Notes: generated from the sequence alone by a model not told the origin. Positions 1 to 10,008 are shown, numbered from the stretch's first letter. The stretch: DNA of 64,000 nucleotides from Synergistaceae bacterium (GCA_017540085.1 JAFYBQ010000033.1:5835-69834), one strand, 5' to 3'. Numbers and translations: made by a program.

Positions 1-1
1 G

Positions 2-703
2 GACGCGGTTGTAGTTGTTGCGACTGTAAGAGCGTTGAAGATGCACGGAGGACGGAAGAAGACCGAGCTTAACACAGAGGACTTGCCCGCGCTTGAGGCA
101 GGTATTCCCAATCTCATGAAGCACATCGAGAACATACAGAAATACGGCCTCCCTGTTGTTGTCGCGATAAACAGATTCCCGAACGACACGGAAGCGGAAT
201 TATCACTTGTTGCGGAAAAATGCCGGGAGCTTGGCGCGTCATTCGCACTGTCTGAGGTGTGGAGCAAAGGCGGTGAGGGTGGCACAGAATTAGCGCGGAA
301 AGTTGTCGAGGCCTGCGAGAAGCCGTCATCATTCCGATTCATTTACGACACGGCCATGACTCCCAAAGAGAAAATGAATGCGATTGCCCGCGAGATTTAC
401 GGCGCGGACGGCGTAGACTTCACAGCACAGGCGGAGAAAGATTTAGCGCAGATTCACGAACTCGGCAAGGATGATTTACTTGTCTGCATGGCGAAAACTC
501 AGTACTCATTATCCGATGACCCCGCGAAAATCGGACGGCCTTCAGGATTCCGCATTACTGTCCGTGAAGTGAGATTGTCTGCGGGGGCGGGCTTCCTTGT
601 GGCTGTTACGGGTGAGATTATGACGATGCCGGGCCTGCCGAAAAAGCCTGCCGCGCTGAATATTGATGTCGATTCTGACGGAAAGATTACGGGGCTGTTC
701 TAA
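2..703 (+). CDS. fhs: formate--tetrahydrofolate ligase, C-terminal ~230 aa (5' end outside window)
   Basis: Frame open from window edge (DAVVVVATVRALKMHGG). PVVVAINRFPNDT, MAKTQYSLSDDP and ITVREVRLSAGAGF are hallmark FTHFS segments. Followed by other C1-folate genes. Confidence 0.93.
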   Translation, partial: DAVVVVATVRALKMHGGRKKTELNTEDLPALEAGIPNLMKHIENIQKYGLPVVVAINRFPNDTEAELSLVAEKCRELGASFALSEVWSKGGEGGTELARKVVEACEKPSSFRFIYDTAMTPKEKMNAIAREIYGADGVDFTAQAEKDLAQIHELGKDDLLVCMAKTQYSLSDDPAKIGRPSGFRITVREVRLSAGAGFLVAVTGEIMTMPGLPKKPAALNIDVDSDGKITGLF

Positions 704-1332
704 TGGCTGACGAGTTAATGAGCAAATCATGCGCTGAGTTCACAAAACTTTTAGGCGCAAAAGTATCAATGCCCGGAGGCGGTGCCGCGTCTGCTCTTGT
801 GGGTGCGCTGGGTGCGGCATTGTGCGAGATGGCCGCAAATTTCACGGTCGGCAACAAAAGATATTATGACGTTGAGCCGGAAATGAAAGAAATCGTGAAG
901 AAAGCCGAGAAGCTCCGGGTGCGTTTTCTTGAGCTTTCTGACGAGGACGCAAAAGCCTTCCCGGAACTTTCAGCGGCGTGGAGGCTCCCGAAAGATTATC
1001 CCAACAGAAAAGAAATCTTCACACGCGCTTCACTCAATGCCTGCAAAGCTCCATTTGAGATGGTAAAGTGCTGCTGCGAGGCTATAGACCTTCTTGCGGT
1101 CGTCATGGAAAAAGGGAACATAATGCTGATTTCTGATGTCGGGTGCGGGGTGTCATTGTGCGAGGCCGCTATGAGTTCGTCAGCAATGAATGTATACATC
1201 AACACAGGTAGCCTCAAAGACTGCCCGGAAGCGCGAGAAATGGAGTCGCAGATTGACTCGCTCATGGCCGAATACCTGCCCAAAATCGATGACATCTCCG
1301 GCAAAGTTACAATTATCGTCAGGAGGGTTTAG
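703..1332 (+). CDS. fchA: cyclodeaminase/cyclohydrolase family protein (FTCD C-terminal-like), probable methenyl-THF cyclohydrolase
   Basis: FTKLLGAKVSMPGGGAASALVGALGAAL..ANFTVGNKRY matches the PGGG-containing FTCD_C/FchA pattern. ATG overlaps the fhs stop (TAATG). Lies between fhs and folD. Confidence 0.75.
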   Translation: MADELMSKSCAEFTKLLGAKVSMPGGGAASALVGALGAALCEMAANFTVGNKRYYDVEPEMKEIVKKAEKLRVRFLELSDEDAKAFPELSAAWRLPKDYPNRKEIFTRASLNACKAPFEMVKCCCEAIDLLAVVMEKGNIMLISDVGCGVSLCEAAMSSSAMNVYINTGSLKDCPEAREMESQIDSLMAEYLPKIDDISGKVTIIVRRV

Positions 1333-1335
1333 CGC

Positions 1336-2187
1336 ATGGCAGAATTGCTGAAAGGAGTCCCGGCCGCAACGAAAATCACAGAGGAATTATCCGCCCGCTG
1401 TGAAAAGTTAAAGGCACGGGGAATCATTCCGACGCTCGCGATGTTACGAGTCGGAGAAAAGCCCGGCGATTTATCCTACGAGTCTGGCGCGGAAAAACGA
1501 TGTGCAAAAATCGGAATCACCGTCAAGAAAATCATCCTCCCGGATTCAGCGTCAAAAGGTGAAATTCTCGGCCATGTCAGCGAAATCAATAATGACGACT
1601 CTATTCACGGCCTGCTGATGTTCCGTCCTCTTGACGACAAAGACATAGAATCTTCAGCGCGTGAAATTCTTTCTCCGTCAAAAGATGTTGACTGCATGAC
1701 AGATGAATCACTCGCGGGAGTCTTCACGGGTGCGAATGTGGGCTACCCTCCCTGCACGGCGCAGGCATGTATTGAGCTTCTCGGCTATTACGGGATTGAC
1801 ATTGCCGGGAAAAATGTTGCTGTTATCGGGCGGAGTCTCGTAATTGGCCGCCCCGTGTCAATGCTCCTGATGAGCCGGAACGCAACCGTAACAATCTGCC
1901 ACTCAAAGACACGTAATCTTCCCGCACTCTGTCGGAACGCTGACATAATCATAGCCGCGATAGGCAGGGCGAAATTTGTCGGGGCTGAATTTGTGTCAGA
2001 AGGCCAGACGGTTATTGATGTCGGGATTAATGTTGACGAGAACGGGAAATTATGCGGTGATGTTGATTTTGACGCGGTATCAAAAATTGTGCGGGCATTG
2101 TCGCCTGTGCCGGGGGGAGTCGGTGCGCTCACAACGGCGGTGCTTGCGAAACACGTAATAGAATCAGCGGAGAAATTATTGAAGTAA
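1336..2187 (+). CDS. folD: bifunctional methylene-THF dehydrogenase / methenyl-THF cyclohydrolase
   Basis: 283 aa. GRSLVIGRPVSMLLMSRNATVTICHSKT and SPVPGGVGALT motifs are typical of FolD. Confidence 0.93.
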   Translation: MAELLKGVPAATKITEELSARCEKLKARGIIPTLAMLRVGEKPGDLSYESGAEKRCAKIGITVKKIILPDSASKGEILGHVSEINNDDSIHGLLMFRPLDDKDIESSAREILSPSKDVDCMTDESLAGVFTGANVGYPPCTAQACIELLGYYGIDIAGKNVAVIGRSLVIGRPVSMLLMSRNATVTICHSKTRNLPALCRNADIIIAAIGRAKFVGAEFVSEGQTVIDVGINVDENGKLCGDVDFDAVSKIVRALSPVPGGVGALTTAVLAKHVIESAEKLLK

Positions 2188-3404
2188 TGCGCGATATAGA
2201 TTACATTCTCACATTCTGCGTGAACCTGAGCCGCAATATGATTATGAGCGGGGCGAACCTCGAACGGATTCACACGGCGGTCAACACTGTATGCCGGGCG
2301 TATAAGTTGCATGAAGTCAGCATATTCCTTCTCAGCACTCATATGTCAGTCAGCGCAATTGATGATGAGGGCAATTATTCCTCGCGGCAGATTTCGATTC
2401 CTGCTTCAGGGATTCACCTTGACCGCCTGCGGAGCCTCAATCAGTTATCGTACAAAGTCGCCGAAATTACGCCCAATCCCAAAACGTTATCGCAGATGTT
2501 AGACCGTGCAATGAATGTAGGCGATTACCCGGAGTATTTTGTTCTTGCGGGGAAAATATGCGCTATGCTTTGTCTTGGGATAATGTTCGGGGCTACGGCG
2601 TGGGATTTGATTCCTGTTGCTGTGATTACGGCGGTGATACATTTCCTGATGTCGTGGCTTGAACGGAAGGGGCTTGACCGTATGCTAGTGAACTCGCTGA
2701 CAATGTGGTCGGCGGCCTCTGTCGCGCTTGCGTATATATATTCGGGCTTCAGCGGAAATTTCGCTGTAATAATGATAACGGTATCAATGCTCGTCATACC
2801 CGGCATACCCCTAGTAAATGCCATGCGTAATTTGCTGTGCGGGAGCGAAATTAATGGGATATTGCAGATGCTGAAAGTTTCAGTTGAGACTATGGCACTT
2901 GCCCTCGGAATTTACGCGGCGTTCATGATGTTCGGCGTTGAAGGGATGATAAGCCCGGCTTTGTCTGCTCCGTCTGACCCGGCGTTACTGGTAGGGCTGT
3001 CGTTTCTCGCGTCAGTGGGATTCGGGGTAGTGTTCAGGATTCCGCCCAAAGATTTATGGCTTGCGGGACTCGGCGGTGCGCTGTCGCGTTTGTCGATAAT
3101 ATATCTTCCGGGAATAATGCCCGGGCGTTTCGCGTATATGACCCTCTCAGCCTCAGTAGCGGCACTTTACGCGGAGTTTCTCGCCATAAGACGCAAACAG
3201 CCGTCAACATATTTCGTTTACCCGTCAATTATTCCATTGATACCGGGCGATTTGTTCTATTACGCGATAACGGGGATATATCTCGGTGCGCGTGAATGGG
3301 TTGAGCTTAACGGGGTAAACTGCCTCATATCGCTTGCGGGACTCAGCGTGGGATTCGTTCTTGCGTCAACAGTCGTTATACACGTCCGCAGGAAGAAGCC
3401 GTAA
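2187..3404 (+). CDS. ThrE-family (threonine/serine exporter-like) membrane protein, fused two-part architecture
   Basis: 405 aa. A soluble-looking N-terminus is followed by many hydrophobic helices, and the overall pattern resembles DUF1212+DUF3815 ThrE-type proteins. ATG overlaps the folD stop. Confidence 0.6.
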   Translation: MRDIDYILTFCVNLSRNMIMSGANLERIHTAVNTVCRAYKLHEVSIFLLSTHMSVSAIDDEGNYSSRQISIPASGIHLDRLRSLNQLSYKVAEITPNPKTLSQMLDRAMNVGDYPEYFVLAGKICAMLCLGIMFGATAWDLIPVAVITAVIHFLMSWLERKGLDRMLVNSLTMWSAASVALAYIYSGFSGNFAVIMITVSMLVIPGIPLVNAMRNLLCGSEINGILQMLKVSVETMALALGIYAAFMMFGVEGMISPALSAPSDPALLVGLSFLASVGFGVVFRIPPKDLWLAGLGGALSRLSIIYLPGIMPGRFAYMTLSASVAALYAEFLAIRRKQPSTYFVYPSIIPLIPGDLFYYAITGIYLGAREWVELNGVNCLISLAGLSVGFVLASTVVIHVRRKKP

Positions 3405-3410
3405 AGCGCG

Positions 3411-3441
3411 AAAACGGGGGGAATCATTCTCGACTCCTCCC
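3411..3441. terminator. hairpin terminator between convergent thrE-like and SH3 genes
   Basis: AAAA + GGGGGGAATC-attctc-GACTCCTCCC. On the minus strand the ~10-bp stem is followed by GTTTT. Near-copy of the hairpin at 4048-4080. Confidence 0.6.
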
Positions 3442-3451
3442 GCTGTTCTTT

Positions 3452-4024
3452 CTACTGAAGCTCAATATATTTCCCCGAAACATAGCCCGATACCCCGGAC
3501 TCCTCGTCATAGATGTAATACCATATTCCCCCGCCTGAAGATTTTGCCTCGCCGTTCACGGTAACATGCGCCCCGTTGTCGAGTGCGTCAAGTATGCGTG
3601 ATTTCGAGGTGGGTTTCTCGCGGATGTTGAGGCGGTCATTTTCCGCGATGTTTATCACGACTCCTTCAGCCGGATAATTTTTCCTGCGCTCTTTGGGCTT
3701 TTTTTGGCCGGGCAGTTCGATATATTTCGCCGACACATAGCCCAGAATCCCGGACTCTTCCTCGTGAATGAAGTACCATAATGAGCCGTTCGGGGATTTT
3801 GCTTCTCCGTTTACCGTAACTGGCGCACCGTTTGGGAGCTTGGCTAAAATTTGTGATTTAGCATCGGGCTTCTCGCGGACATTGAGGCGGTCATTCTCCG
3901 CCGTGTTTATCACGACTCCTTCTGCGGGATATTCTACGCGCTTGCTTTGAGCGGCCGCGGCAGAGTCAGCAGTCAGAAACATCATCACGCACAGAAAAAT
4001 CATAATTCCTGCAAGTTTTCTCAT
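3452..4024 (-). CDS. secreted protein with two tandem bacterial SH3 (SH3b)-like units
   Basis: Start refined to ATG 4024 (MRKLAGIMIFLCVMMFLTADSAAAAQ signal peptide, AGGAG about 10 nt upstream); the track ORF extends to 4066. Two copies of YPAEGVVIN.AENDRLN.REKP..KS.IL..L.NGA.VTVNGEAKS...W...EES...GYVS.KYIEL. Confidence 0.75.
   Translation of the reverse strand: MRKLAGIMIFLCVMMFLTADSAAAAQSKRVEYPAEGVVINTAENDRLNVREKPDAKSQILAKLPNGAPVTVNGEAKSPNGSLWYFIHEEESGILGYVSAKYIELPGQKKPKERRKNYPAEGVVINIAENDRLNIREKPTSKSRILDALDNGAHVTVNGEAKSSGGGIWYYIYDEESGVSGYVSGKYIELQ
3458..3931 (-). repeat. in-frame tandem duplication (2 x ~73 aa units, period 85 aa / 255 nt) inside the SH3 gene
   Basis: Residues 46-118 and 131-203 of the track ORF align along their whole length. 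The DNA copies are clearly related but diverged. Confidence 0.85.
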
Positions 4025-4047
4025 TCCCTGAAACACTCCTTTCACAC

Positions 4048-4080
4048 AAAAAACGGGAGGAATCATTCACGACTCCCCCC
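4048..4080 (-). terminator. rho-independent terminator of hppA
   Basis: Minus strand reads GGGGGGAGTC-gtgaat-GATTCCTCCC followed by GTTTTTTG, 20 nt after the hppA stop. Confidence 0.75.
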
Positions 4081-4099
4081 GGAAAATTTCCCGTTTAAC

Positions 4100-6301
4100 C
4101 TAGAATAACGGGGCAAGCACTAAGGCTACAACGGTCATTAGCTTGATGAGAATGTTAAGCGCGGGGCCGGCTGTGTCTTTGAACGGGTCGCCGACTGTAT
4201 CGCCCACGACCGCCGCGGCATGATTGGGTGAGCCTTTGCCGTTGAAGTGGCCTTCCTCGATGTATTTCTTTGCGTTGTCCCAAGCTCCGCCGGAGTTAGC
4301 CATGAAAAGAGCCATCATTACGCCCGTAACGATCGCACCGCCGAGAAGACCGCCGAGAGCCTCTTTGCCCAGCAGGAATCCCACAAGCACAGGGACAGCC
4401 ACAGCCATAACGCCCGGTACAATCATCTGCGTTAAAGCCGCGTGTGTCGAAATCTCTACACAGCGATTTGAATCAGGCTTGCCGGTTCCCTCCATAATGC
4501 CGGGAATCTCGCGGAACTGCCTGCGGACTTCCTCAATCATAGAGCCTGCCGCCTTGCTCACAGCGTCAATTGACAGAGAGCAGAATATGAACGGGAGCAT
4601 TCCGCCGATAAGCAGTCCGACAATGACATACGGATTCATGATGTCAATTTTGTCGATATGAGCCGCCTGCGAGTATGCCACGAAAAGAGCCAGTGCCGTC
4701 AATGCCGCAGAGCCGATAGCAAGCCCCTTGCCCATAGCCGCGGTTGTGTTTCCGATTGCGTCGAGGTGGTCTGTGATTTTCCGCACACCTTCAGGAAGCT
4801 CGCTCATCTCCGCGATTCCGCCGGCATTGTCCGCTATAGGGCCGTATGCGTCAACGCTCAGTGAAATTCCCGTGATCGAAAGCATACCTACCGCCGCCAC
4901 AGCAACGCCGAACATGCCCGCAAGGTAGTAGCTGATGAGGGTTGACAGGCAGATGAGAAGCACCGGGATTCCTGTCGACATCATTCCGAGAGAAAGCCCC
5001 GACAAAATTACGGTCGCCGGGCCTGTGTCAGATGAGGCCGCCACGCTCTGAACGAACCTGTAATCCCCTGACGTGTAAATCTCCGTAACGATTCCGATGA
5101 TTATTCCCGCGATAACTCCTGACGTAACCGAAAGGAAAACGCTGAACGAGTTGGAGAAGAAGAAGAATATGCTGAGAATGAATGTTCCGGCAATCATCAG
5201 ACCGCCCGCGACAAATGTACCAGTCCTGAGAGCAAATGCCGCGTCCCCGTCCTCAATGCGCTTGACGACTCCGGCCATGCCCGGAAGTTTTGCGATTATC
5301 CCGCGAACCTGCCCGGCGTAGGGGGCTTTCTGCGAGATCATCATGCAGCCAACGATTGACGAGAATATGCCCCAGGCCGCAAGGAACAGAGGGAAGCCGA
5401 TTCCCCAGAGTCCGAGATGTGAGTCAGCGACTCCCGGCGTGAAGGTGTAGACCGCCCCGATTGCCATTGCCGCGAGAATTGAGTTGACGTATGACTCGAA
5501 CAGATCCGCGCCCATTCCGGCAATGTCGCCAACATTGTCCCCAACGTTATCCGCGATAACAGCAGGGTTGCGGGGGTCATCTTCAGGGATTCCGGCCTCA
5601 ACTTTTCCGACAAGATCCGCGCCAACGTCAGCCGCTTTCGTGTAGATACCGCCTCCCACACGGGCGAATAACGCTATCGAGCTTGCGCCCATTCCGAACG
5701 CCGTCAAAGCTGTAACATCATTCAGGAACAAATACGCGATGGCAAGACCAATGAGTCCCAGTCCTACAACGACCATACCGACAATGCTTCCGCCTGAGAA
5801 CGCTACCTCAAGAGCATTCCCCGCCGCAACTGAGAGTATCCCCTCGGATTTCGGTGCTTCAGGAGCGGGGGCTTCTTCTGTTACGGCTTCTGACTTGTCG
5901 AGGTCAACGGATGATTTCTTTGCTGACTTTGGCGCAGGTTTCTCTGCGGGCATTCCTGAGAGAGCCGCATATGTTGTTCTCCCGTTGGAATTTGTCGCAA
6001 CGTACATCCCTATCCACCCTGCTGTAGCCGAGCAAAGCGCACCGAGAACGAACGCGAACGCAGAGCCGAGTCCCAGTCCGGGAGCGGCAATGAGCAGTAC
6101 CGCAACGACCCCGACGAACGGAGCGAGCCATGAATATTCCTTCTTGAGGAACGCCATCGCGCCTTCATGAATGATTGACGAGAGTTCAGCCACGCGGGGA
6201 TGACCGATCTGACTCTCTTCTAACTTCTGGTAAACCGTCCAAGCATAAAGCCCGGCAAGCAATCCGAATACCAGCGTAACGAACACTAAGAAAAGCCACA
6301 T
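4100..6301 (-). CDS. hppA: membrane-integral (K+-dependent type) pyrophosphate-energised cation pump
   Basis: 733 aa, multi-[53 protein letters not shown] and [14 protein letters not shown] are diagnostic of mPPases. [10 protein letters not shown] (Ala, not Lys) is the K+-dependent subfamily signature. Confidence 0.95.
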   Translation of the reverse strand: MWLFLVFVTLVFGLLAGLYAWTVYQKLEESQIGHPRVAELSSIIHEGAMAFLKKEYSWLAPFVGVVAVLLIAAPGLGLGSAFAFVLGALCSATAGWIGMYVATNSNGRTTYAALSGMPAEKPAPKSAKKSSVDLDKSEAVTEEAPAPEAPKSEGILSVAAGNALEVAFSGGSIVGMVVVGLGLIGLAIAYLFLNDVTALTAFGMGASSIALFARVGGGIYTKAADVGADLVGKVEAGIPEDDPRNPAVIADNVGDNVGDIAGMGADLFESYVNSILAAMAIGAVYTFTPGVADSHLGLWGIGFPLFLAAWGIFSSIVGCMMISQKAPYAGQVRGIIAKLPGMAGVVKRIEDGDAAFALRTGTFVAGGLMIAGTFILSIFFFFSNSFSVFLSVTSGVIAGIIIGIVTEIYTSGDYRFVQSVAASSDTGPATVILSGLSLGMMSTGIPVLLICLSTLISYYLAGMFGVAVAAVGMLSITGISLSVDAYGPIADNAGGIAEMSELPEGVRKITDHLDAIGNTTAAMGKGLAIGSAALTALALFVAYSQAAHIDKIDIMNPYVIVGLLIGGMLPFIFCSLSIDAVSKAAGSMIEEVRRQFREIPGIMEGTGKPDSNRCVEISTHAALTQMIVPGVMAVAVPVLVGFLLGKEALGGLLGGAIVTGVMMALFMANSGGAWDNAKKYIEEGHFNGKGSPNHAAAVVGDTVGDPFKDTAGPALNILIKLMTVVALVLAPLF

Positions 6302-6340
6302 AAAATTTTTACCTCCCTGTTTTGAGTTTTGAATTGTTCA

Positions 6341-6346
6341 ATTATA
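6341..6346 (-). promoter_or_regulatory. candidate -10 box for hppA
   Basis: Perfect TATAAT on the minus strand about 40 nt upstream of the hppA ATG (SD GGGAGG at 6312-6317). No convincing -35. Confidence 0.3.
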
Positions 6347-6469
6347 GCCTAAAAATCTTATTGCACGGAATTTTTGTTATACTTCATGGAAATTTTCGGG
6401 GGACTCTCTTTTCCCGTGCGGGTGCGATGCAAAACTTGACCCTAGAAAATTCGGGGCGGGTGGGAAAAT

Positions 6470-6495
6470 CGACAGGGATATACGACAGGGATATA
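6470..6495 (+). repeat. perfect tandem direct repeat CGACAGGGATATA x2
   Basis: 13-bp unit at 6470-6482 and 6483-6495 in the 310-bp hppA/CGGC divergent intergenic region, just upstream of a TTGACG hexamer (6503-6508). Confidence 0.9.
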
Positions 6496-6611
6496 TATTT
6501 TGTTGACGTTAGGCAGTAAGACTCAGACCGTGCAAAAACTTTCCTGGCCTCGCGGGGAATTGATGCCGCTGTGGATGATAACTCTGACGGAAAATTAGGG
6601 AGGGTGTAATT

Positions 6612-7013
6612 ATGGGACTTGTTGTGATTATTCAGTGCGATGATGTCGTGAAAAGGTGTTCGGGATTTCTCTGCATGAGGGACTTTTACGACCGCGCCGG
6701 GAAATTCGCCGATTACCCTGAAGGGACTCGCTATATGTCGATGACCTGCGGAGGGTGCTGCGGTAATATCACCGTCAAACTTGAGAACCTCGCCATGAGA
6801 CTCCGCAAGGACGGAATCAGCAAGGACGATGTTACGTTTCATTTTGCCTCGTGTATATGTTCCGAGAACGCGCATAGGCTTCCCTGCCCGTTCATGAACC
6901 GCATGAAGGCATTGTTACAGCATAAGGGATTCGGGAATATCGTTCTTGGGACTCACATCTCAAAGAAGGCAGAAGCAAAACGGCAGGCGGGAATCTATCG
7001 CAAGTGGGAATAA
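6612..7013 (+). CDS. CGGC domain-containing protein
   Basis: 133 aa with MTCGGCCG and further Cys (CSGFLC, CICSENAHRLPCP). AGGGAGGG SD 8 nt upstream. Confidence 0.7.
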   Translation: MGLVVIIQCDDVVKRCSGFLCMRDFYDRAGKFADYPEGTRYMSMTCGGCCGNITVKLENLAMRLRKDGISKDDVTFHFASCICSENAHRLPCPFMNRMKALLQHKGFGNIVLGTHISKKAEAKRQAGIYRKWE

Positions 7014-7192
7014 TGCTGTCAGGCGAGTCATTGCGGGCGGAAATATCACGGTCAGCCATCACAGAATCGCACTGCCGGAAGACACCGAATATATAGCAGC
7101 TGTTACAGCGCAAGACAAAAGGCTTTCAGGAAGCAATGTCTCCAGGCGCAAAGGCCATTAGTATTTGACATTCCCGAAAACCTGCTCTTATT

Positions 7193-8245
7193 CTAAAACA
7201 TGAAGTTGAACACGTAGCCCGTGATTATGATTCCGGCCGCGCATGTCATCACGAAAACCCAAAGCAGTCGGGGCTTTATGACTTTCCGCAGCATTATGAG
7301 CGAGGGCAGGCTCAGATCCGTAACAGCCATCATGAAGCTGATTACCGTACCAATTAACGCGCCTTTTGCCAGCAGTGCCTCAGCAATCGGGATTGTTCCG
7401 AAAATGTCAGCGTAAACCGGGATTCCCACAATTGTAGCCAGAATCACCCCGAAAGGATTATCGCCGCCAAGCACGGAAGTTATGAGCTTCTCCGGCACAT
7501 AGTTGTGTATCACCGCGCCTATTCCCACGCCCGCGAGAATATACGGGAAAACAACCCGGAAAGTTGCGGCGACTTCCCCGCGTGAATACTTTACGCGCTG
7601 TGCTGTCGTGAAGCTCAGAAATTCTATATCCGAATCAATTACTCCCGAACGAGACCGCGCAAAATCCTCGATGTATTTCTCCATGTGAAGATGTCCGATA
7701 AATGACCCTCCGAGAACCGCCAGCGTTAAGCCAAGAATAATATACGCCGCCGCCGTCCTCGCTCCGAAAACGCTCATCAGAATAACCAGACTCCCCGGAT
7801 TAATCATAGGCGACGAAATCAGAAATGAGAACGTCATACCCAGAGGAAGCCCCGCGCTTGTGAAACCTATGAATATCGGAATCGATGAACACGCGCAGAA
7901 AGGCGTTACAGCTCCCAGCAATGCCCCTATGATATTCGCCCAAAGTCCCCGGAATCTGCCCATGATTCTCTTGCTACGTTCAGGCGGGAAAAATGTCTGT
8001 ATGTACGACACACAGAATATCAGCGCACAAAGAAGCAGGCTTATCTTCACAGTGTCAAACAGAAAGAACTGTACACTTTTCCCAAACGCTGAAGATGTAT
8101 CAATCCCTGCAAGTGAAAGCAAACGCCCCGAAATATCATTAAGCCACTTCATTCCGAGAACTTGAACCTGCACAAAGTCCCACAAAATTTTATTCCCCCT
8201 GTTTATGAATTGTGAGAATGATACAGGAGACGCAGACAAAAGCAA
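7193..8245 (-). CDS. predicted permease (PF03773/DUF318, ArsP-like family)
   Basis: 350 aa, 8-9 hydrophobic helices. TPFCACSSIPIFIGF motif is typical of this permease family. TTG start with GGAG 5 nt upstream; start uncertain. Confidence 0.65.
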   Translation of the reverse strand: MLLSASPVSFSQFINRGNKILWDFVQVQVLGMKWLNDISGRLLSLAGIDTSSAFGKSVQFFLFDTVKISLLLCALIFCVSYIQTFFPPERSKRIMGRFRGLWANIIGALLGAVTPFCACSSIPIFIGFTSAGLPLGMTFSFLISSPMINPGSLVILMSVFGARTAAAYIILGLTLAVLGGSFIGHLHMEKYIEDFARSRSGVIDSDIEFLSFTTAQRVKYSRGEVAATFRVVFPYILAGVGIGAVIHNYVPEKLITSVLGGDNPFGVILATIVGIPVYADIFGTIPIAEALLAKGALIGTVISFMMAVTDLSLPSLIMLRKVIKPRLLWVFVMTCAAGIIITGYVFNFMF

Positions 8246-8271
8246 TAACGCTCCGGCAAAATATTTGTGTC

Positions 8272-8299
8272 TTGAATTTTAACGGAAATGTTCTAAAAT
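8272..8299 (+). promoter_or_regulatory. candidate sigma70-type promoter for nhaC
   Basis: TTGAAT - 16 nt - TAAAAT, about 125 nt upstream of the nhaC start. Confidence 0.45.
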
Positions 8300-8424
8300 T
8301 TGCGCGATTTCCGAATTAAGCCGTTAAGACCAATAGGCAAAAGCATTCCTCAAAACGTTCTGGCGGACACTGCCGGGTATAGTCGGAAAATGTAACACCT
8401 ATCATAATTTAGGAGGAATGTTAT

Positions 8425-10008
8425 TTGTGTCGCCGTCCAAATCTTTTATTGTCGATTTCTGTGCTCCTTGTTAGCGCGCTGATTGTTACGTTTGGAGTTG
8501 TTGACGTTGAATTAGAGTCAGGCTCTCATTTCGGACTCGGACTTCCCGCGCAGGTTCCGCTTCTTTTCGCCGCAATATTCGCCGCCCTTGTCGGAGCATT
8601 GTATCTCCGCCGCTCATGGTCAGACCTCGAAAAAGGCATGGCCGGAGCGATTCAGGTCTCAATTCAGGCAATCGTTATCCTTGTGCTTGTTGGCTGCCTC
8701 GTAGGGTCATGGATACAGAGCGGTGTTGTTGCCACGATGATATATTACGGGCTTGAAGTGATGACACCGAGATATTTCTATCTTGCGTCGCTGATAATTT
8801 CCGTAGTTGTCGCGATTGCTACAGGGTGCTGCTGGACAACAAGCTCAACTGTAGGAGTCGCCCTAATCGGAATAAGCGCGGGACTCGGACTGCCCCTGCC
8901 AATCACAGCGGGGTTCGTGATTTCCGGCGCGTATTTCGGGGACAAGATTTCGCCCCTCTCAGACACAACAAACCTAGCCCCGGCTGTAGCGGGAAGCGAA
9001 TTGTTTGAACACGTCCGGGCTATGATGCTGTCGACAATTCCGACTCTTATCATCACAGCTATAATCGCGTTCATGATGGGCGACTCTGCTCAGGGTTCGG
9101 ACGGGGGAAGAATCGCGCTGATTCAAAGCATGATGAGGGCAGAGTTCAACATATCGCTGTGGGCGTTCATTCCGCCGATGGTAGTCATAATCATGGCCGT
9201 AATGAAAATTCCCGCGATACCCGGAATCGTCTCAGGGATTGCCGCAAGCATAGTGTTATCGCTCGTGAGAGGGTCAACGGCATTCGAGGCACTTAACGTA
9301 TTATTCTCCGGCTATGTCCCCGAACATCTCGGTACATTCGCGCAGGCCGCTACCCCGGAGGCAATCACAGCCGCGACAGCTTCATTCACGCAGGCATTCA
9401 CGGCGGGCAGTCCTGCGTTCAGCGTAACGCCTGACATTTTCGCGAAAGTCGGCGGGCTTCTCACACAGCTTTTCACGAGGGGCGGAATGACATCAATGCT
9501 TGAGACTATATGCCTGATAGTAGTCGCGCTGTCTCTCGGCGGAATTATGGAGGTTTGCGGATTTCTCGATGTTATACTTGACGCGCTGATGAGGCACGTT
9601 AAGAGCGTCGCGGGGCTTATAGGGTCGGTGCTTGCGTCTGCGTTCATGGCGAATGTATTTCTGTCGGAACAGTATCTTTCCATCATTGTACCGGGCAGAA
9701 TGTTCAAGAGGGCATTTGACGAAAGAGTCTGGCCGAACGGTAAGAAACTCGCGCCCGTAATGCTGTCGCGTTCACTTGAGGACTCCGGCACAATGACAAG
9801 CGTTTTAGTCCCGTGGAACACATGCGGGGTATACGTAAGCTCGGTGCTGGGCGTTGCGACTCTCGACTACCTGCCCTACTGTTTCATGAACTGGCTGAAT
9901 CCCCTTGTGGCGTTCGCAATGACGGCGTTAGGACTCGGAATTATCTGGAAGAATGAGAAGGCCGAGGAAGGCGTTTTCCTTGCTGAGGCTGAACCGGCTG
10001 TAGAGTAA
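8425..10008 (+). CDS. nhaC: Na+/H+ antiporter NhaC family
   Basis: 527 aa polytopic membrane protein. Overall pattern (ISGAYFGDKISPLSDTTNLAP, LSRSLEDSGTMTSVLVPWNTCG) matches the NhaC family. TTG start 8 nt after AGGAGG. Confidence 0.8.
   Translation: MCRRPNLLLSISVLLVSALIVTFGVVDVELESGSHFGLGLPAQVPLLFAAIFAALVGALYLRRSWSDLEKGMAGAIQVSIQAIVILVLVGCLVGSWIQSGVVATMIYYGLEVMTPRYFYLASLIISVVVAIATGCCWTTSSTVGVALIGISAGLGLPLPITAGFVISGAYFGDKISPLSDTTNLAPAVAGSELFEHVRAMMLSTIPTLIITAIIAFMMGDSAQGSDGGRIALIQSMMRAEFNISLWAFIPPMVVIIMAVMKIPAIPGIVSGIAASIVLSLVRGSTAFEALNVLFSGYVPEHLGTFAQAATPEAITAATASFTQAFTAGSPAFSVTPDIFAKVGGLLTQLFTRGGMTSMLETICLIVVALSLGGIMEVCGFLDVILDALMRHVKSVAGLIGSVLASAFMANVFLSEQYLSIIVPGRMFKRAFDERVWPNGKKLAPVMLSRSLEDSGTMTSVLVPWNTCGVYVSSVLGVATLDYLPYCFMNWLNPLVAFAMTALGLGIIWKNEKAEEGVFLAEAEPAVE

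Noticed and set aside
6322-6519. 65-aa ORF in the 310-bp hppA/CGGC intergenic region.
   Set aside because: - No SD.
- It begins inside the hppA 5' UTR/promoter region.
- The sequence is low-information and runs through the 13-bp tandem repeat. It is more likely non-coding regulatory DNA.
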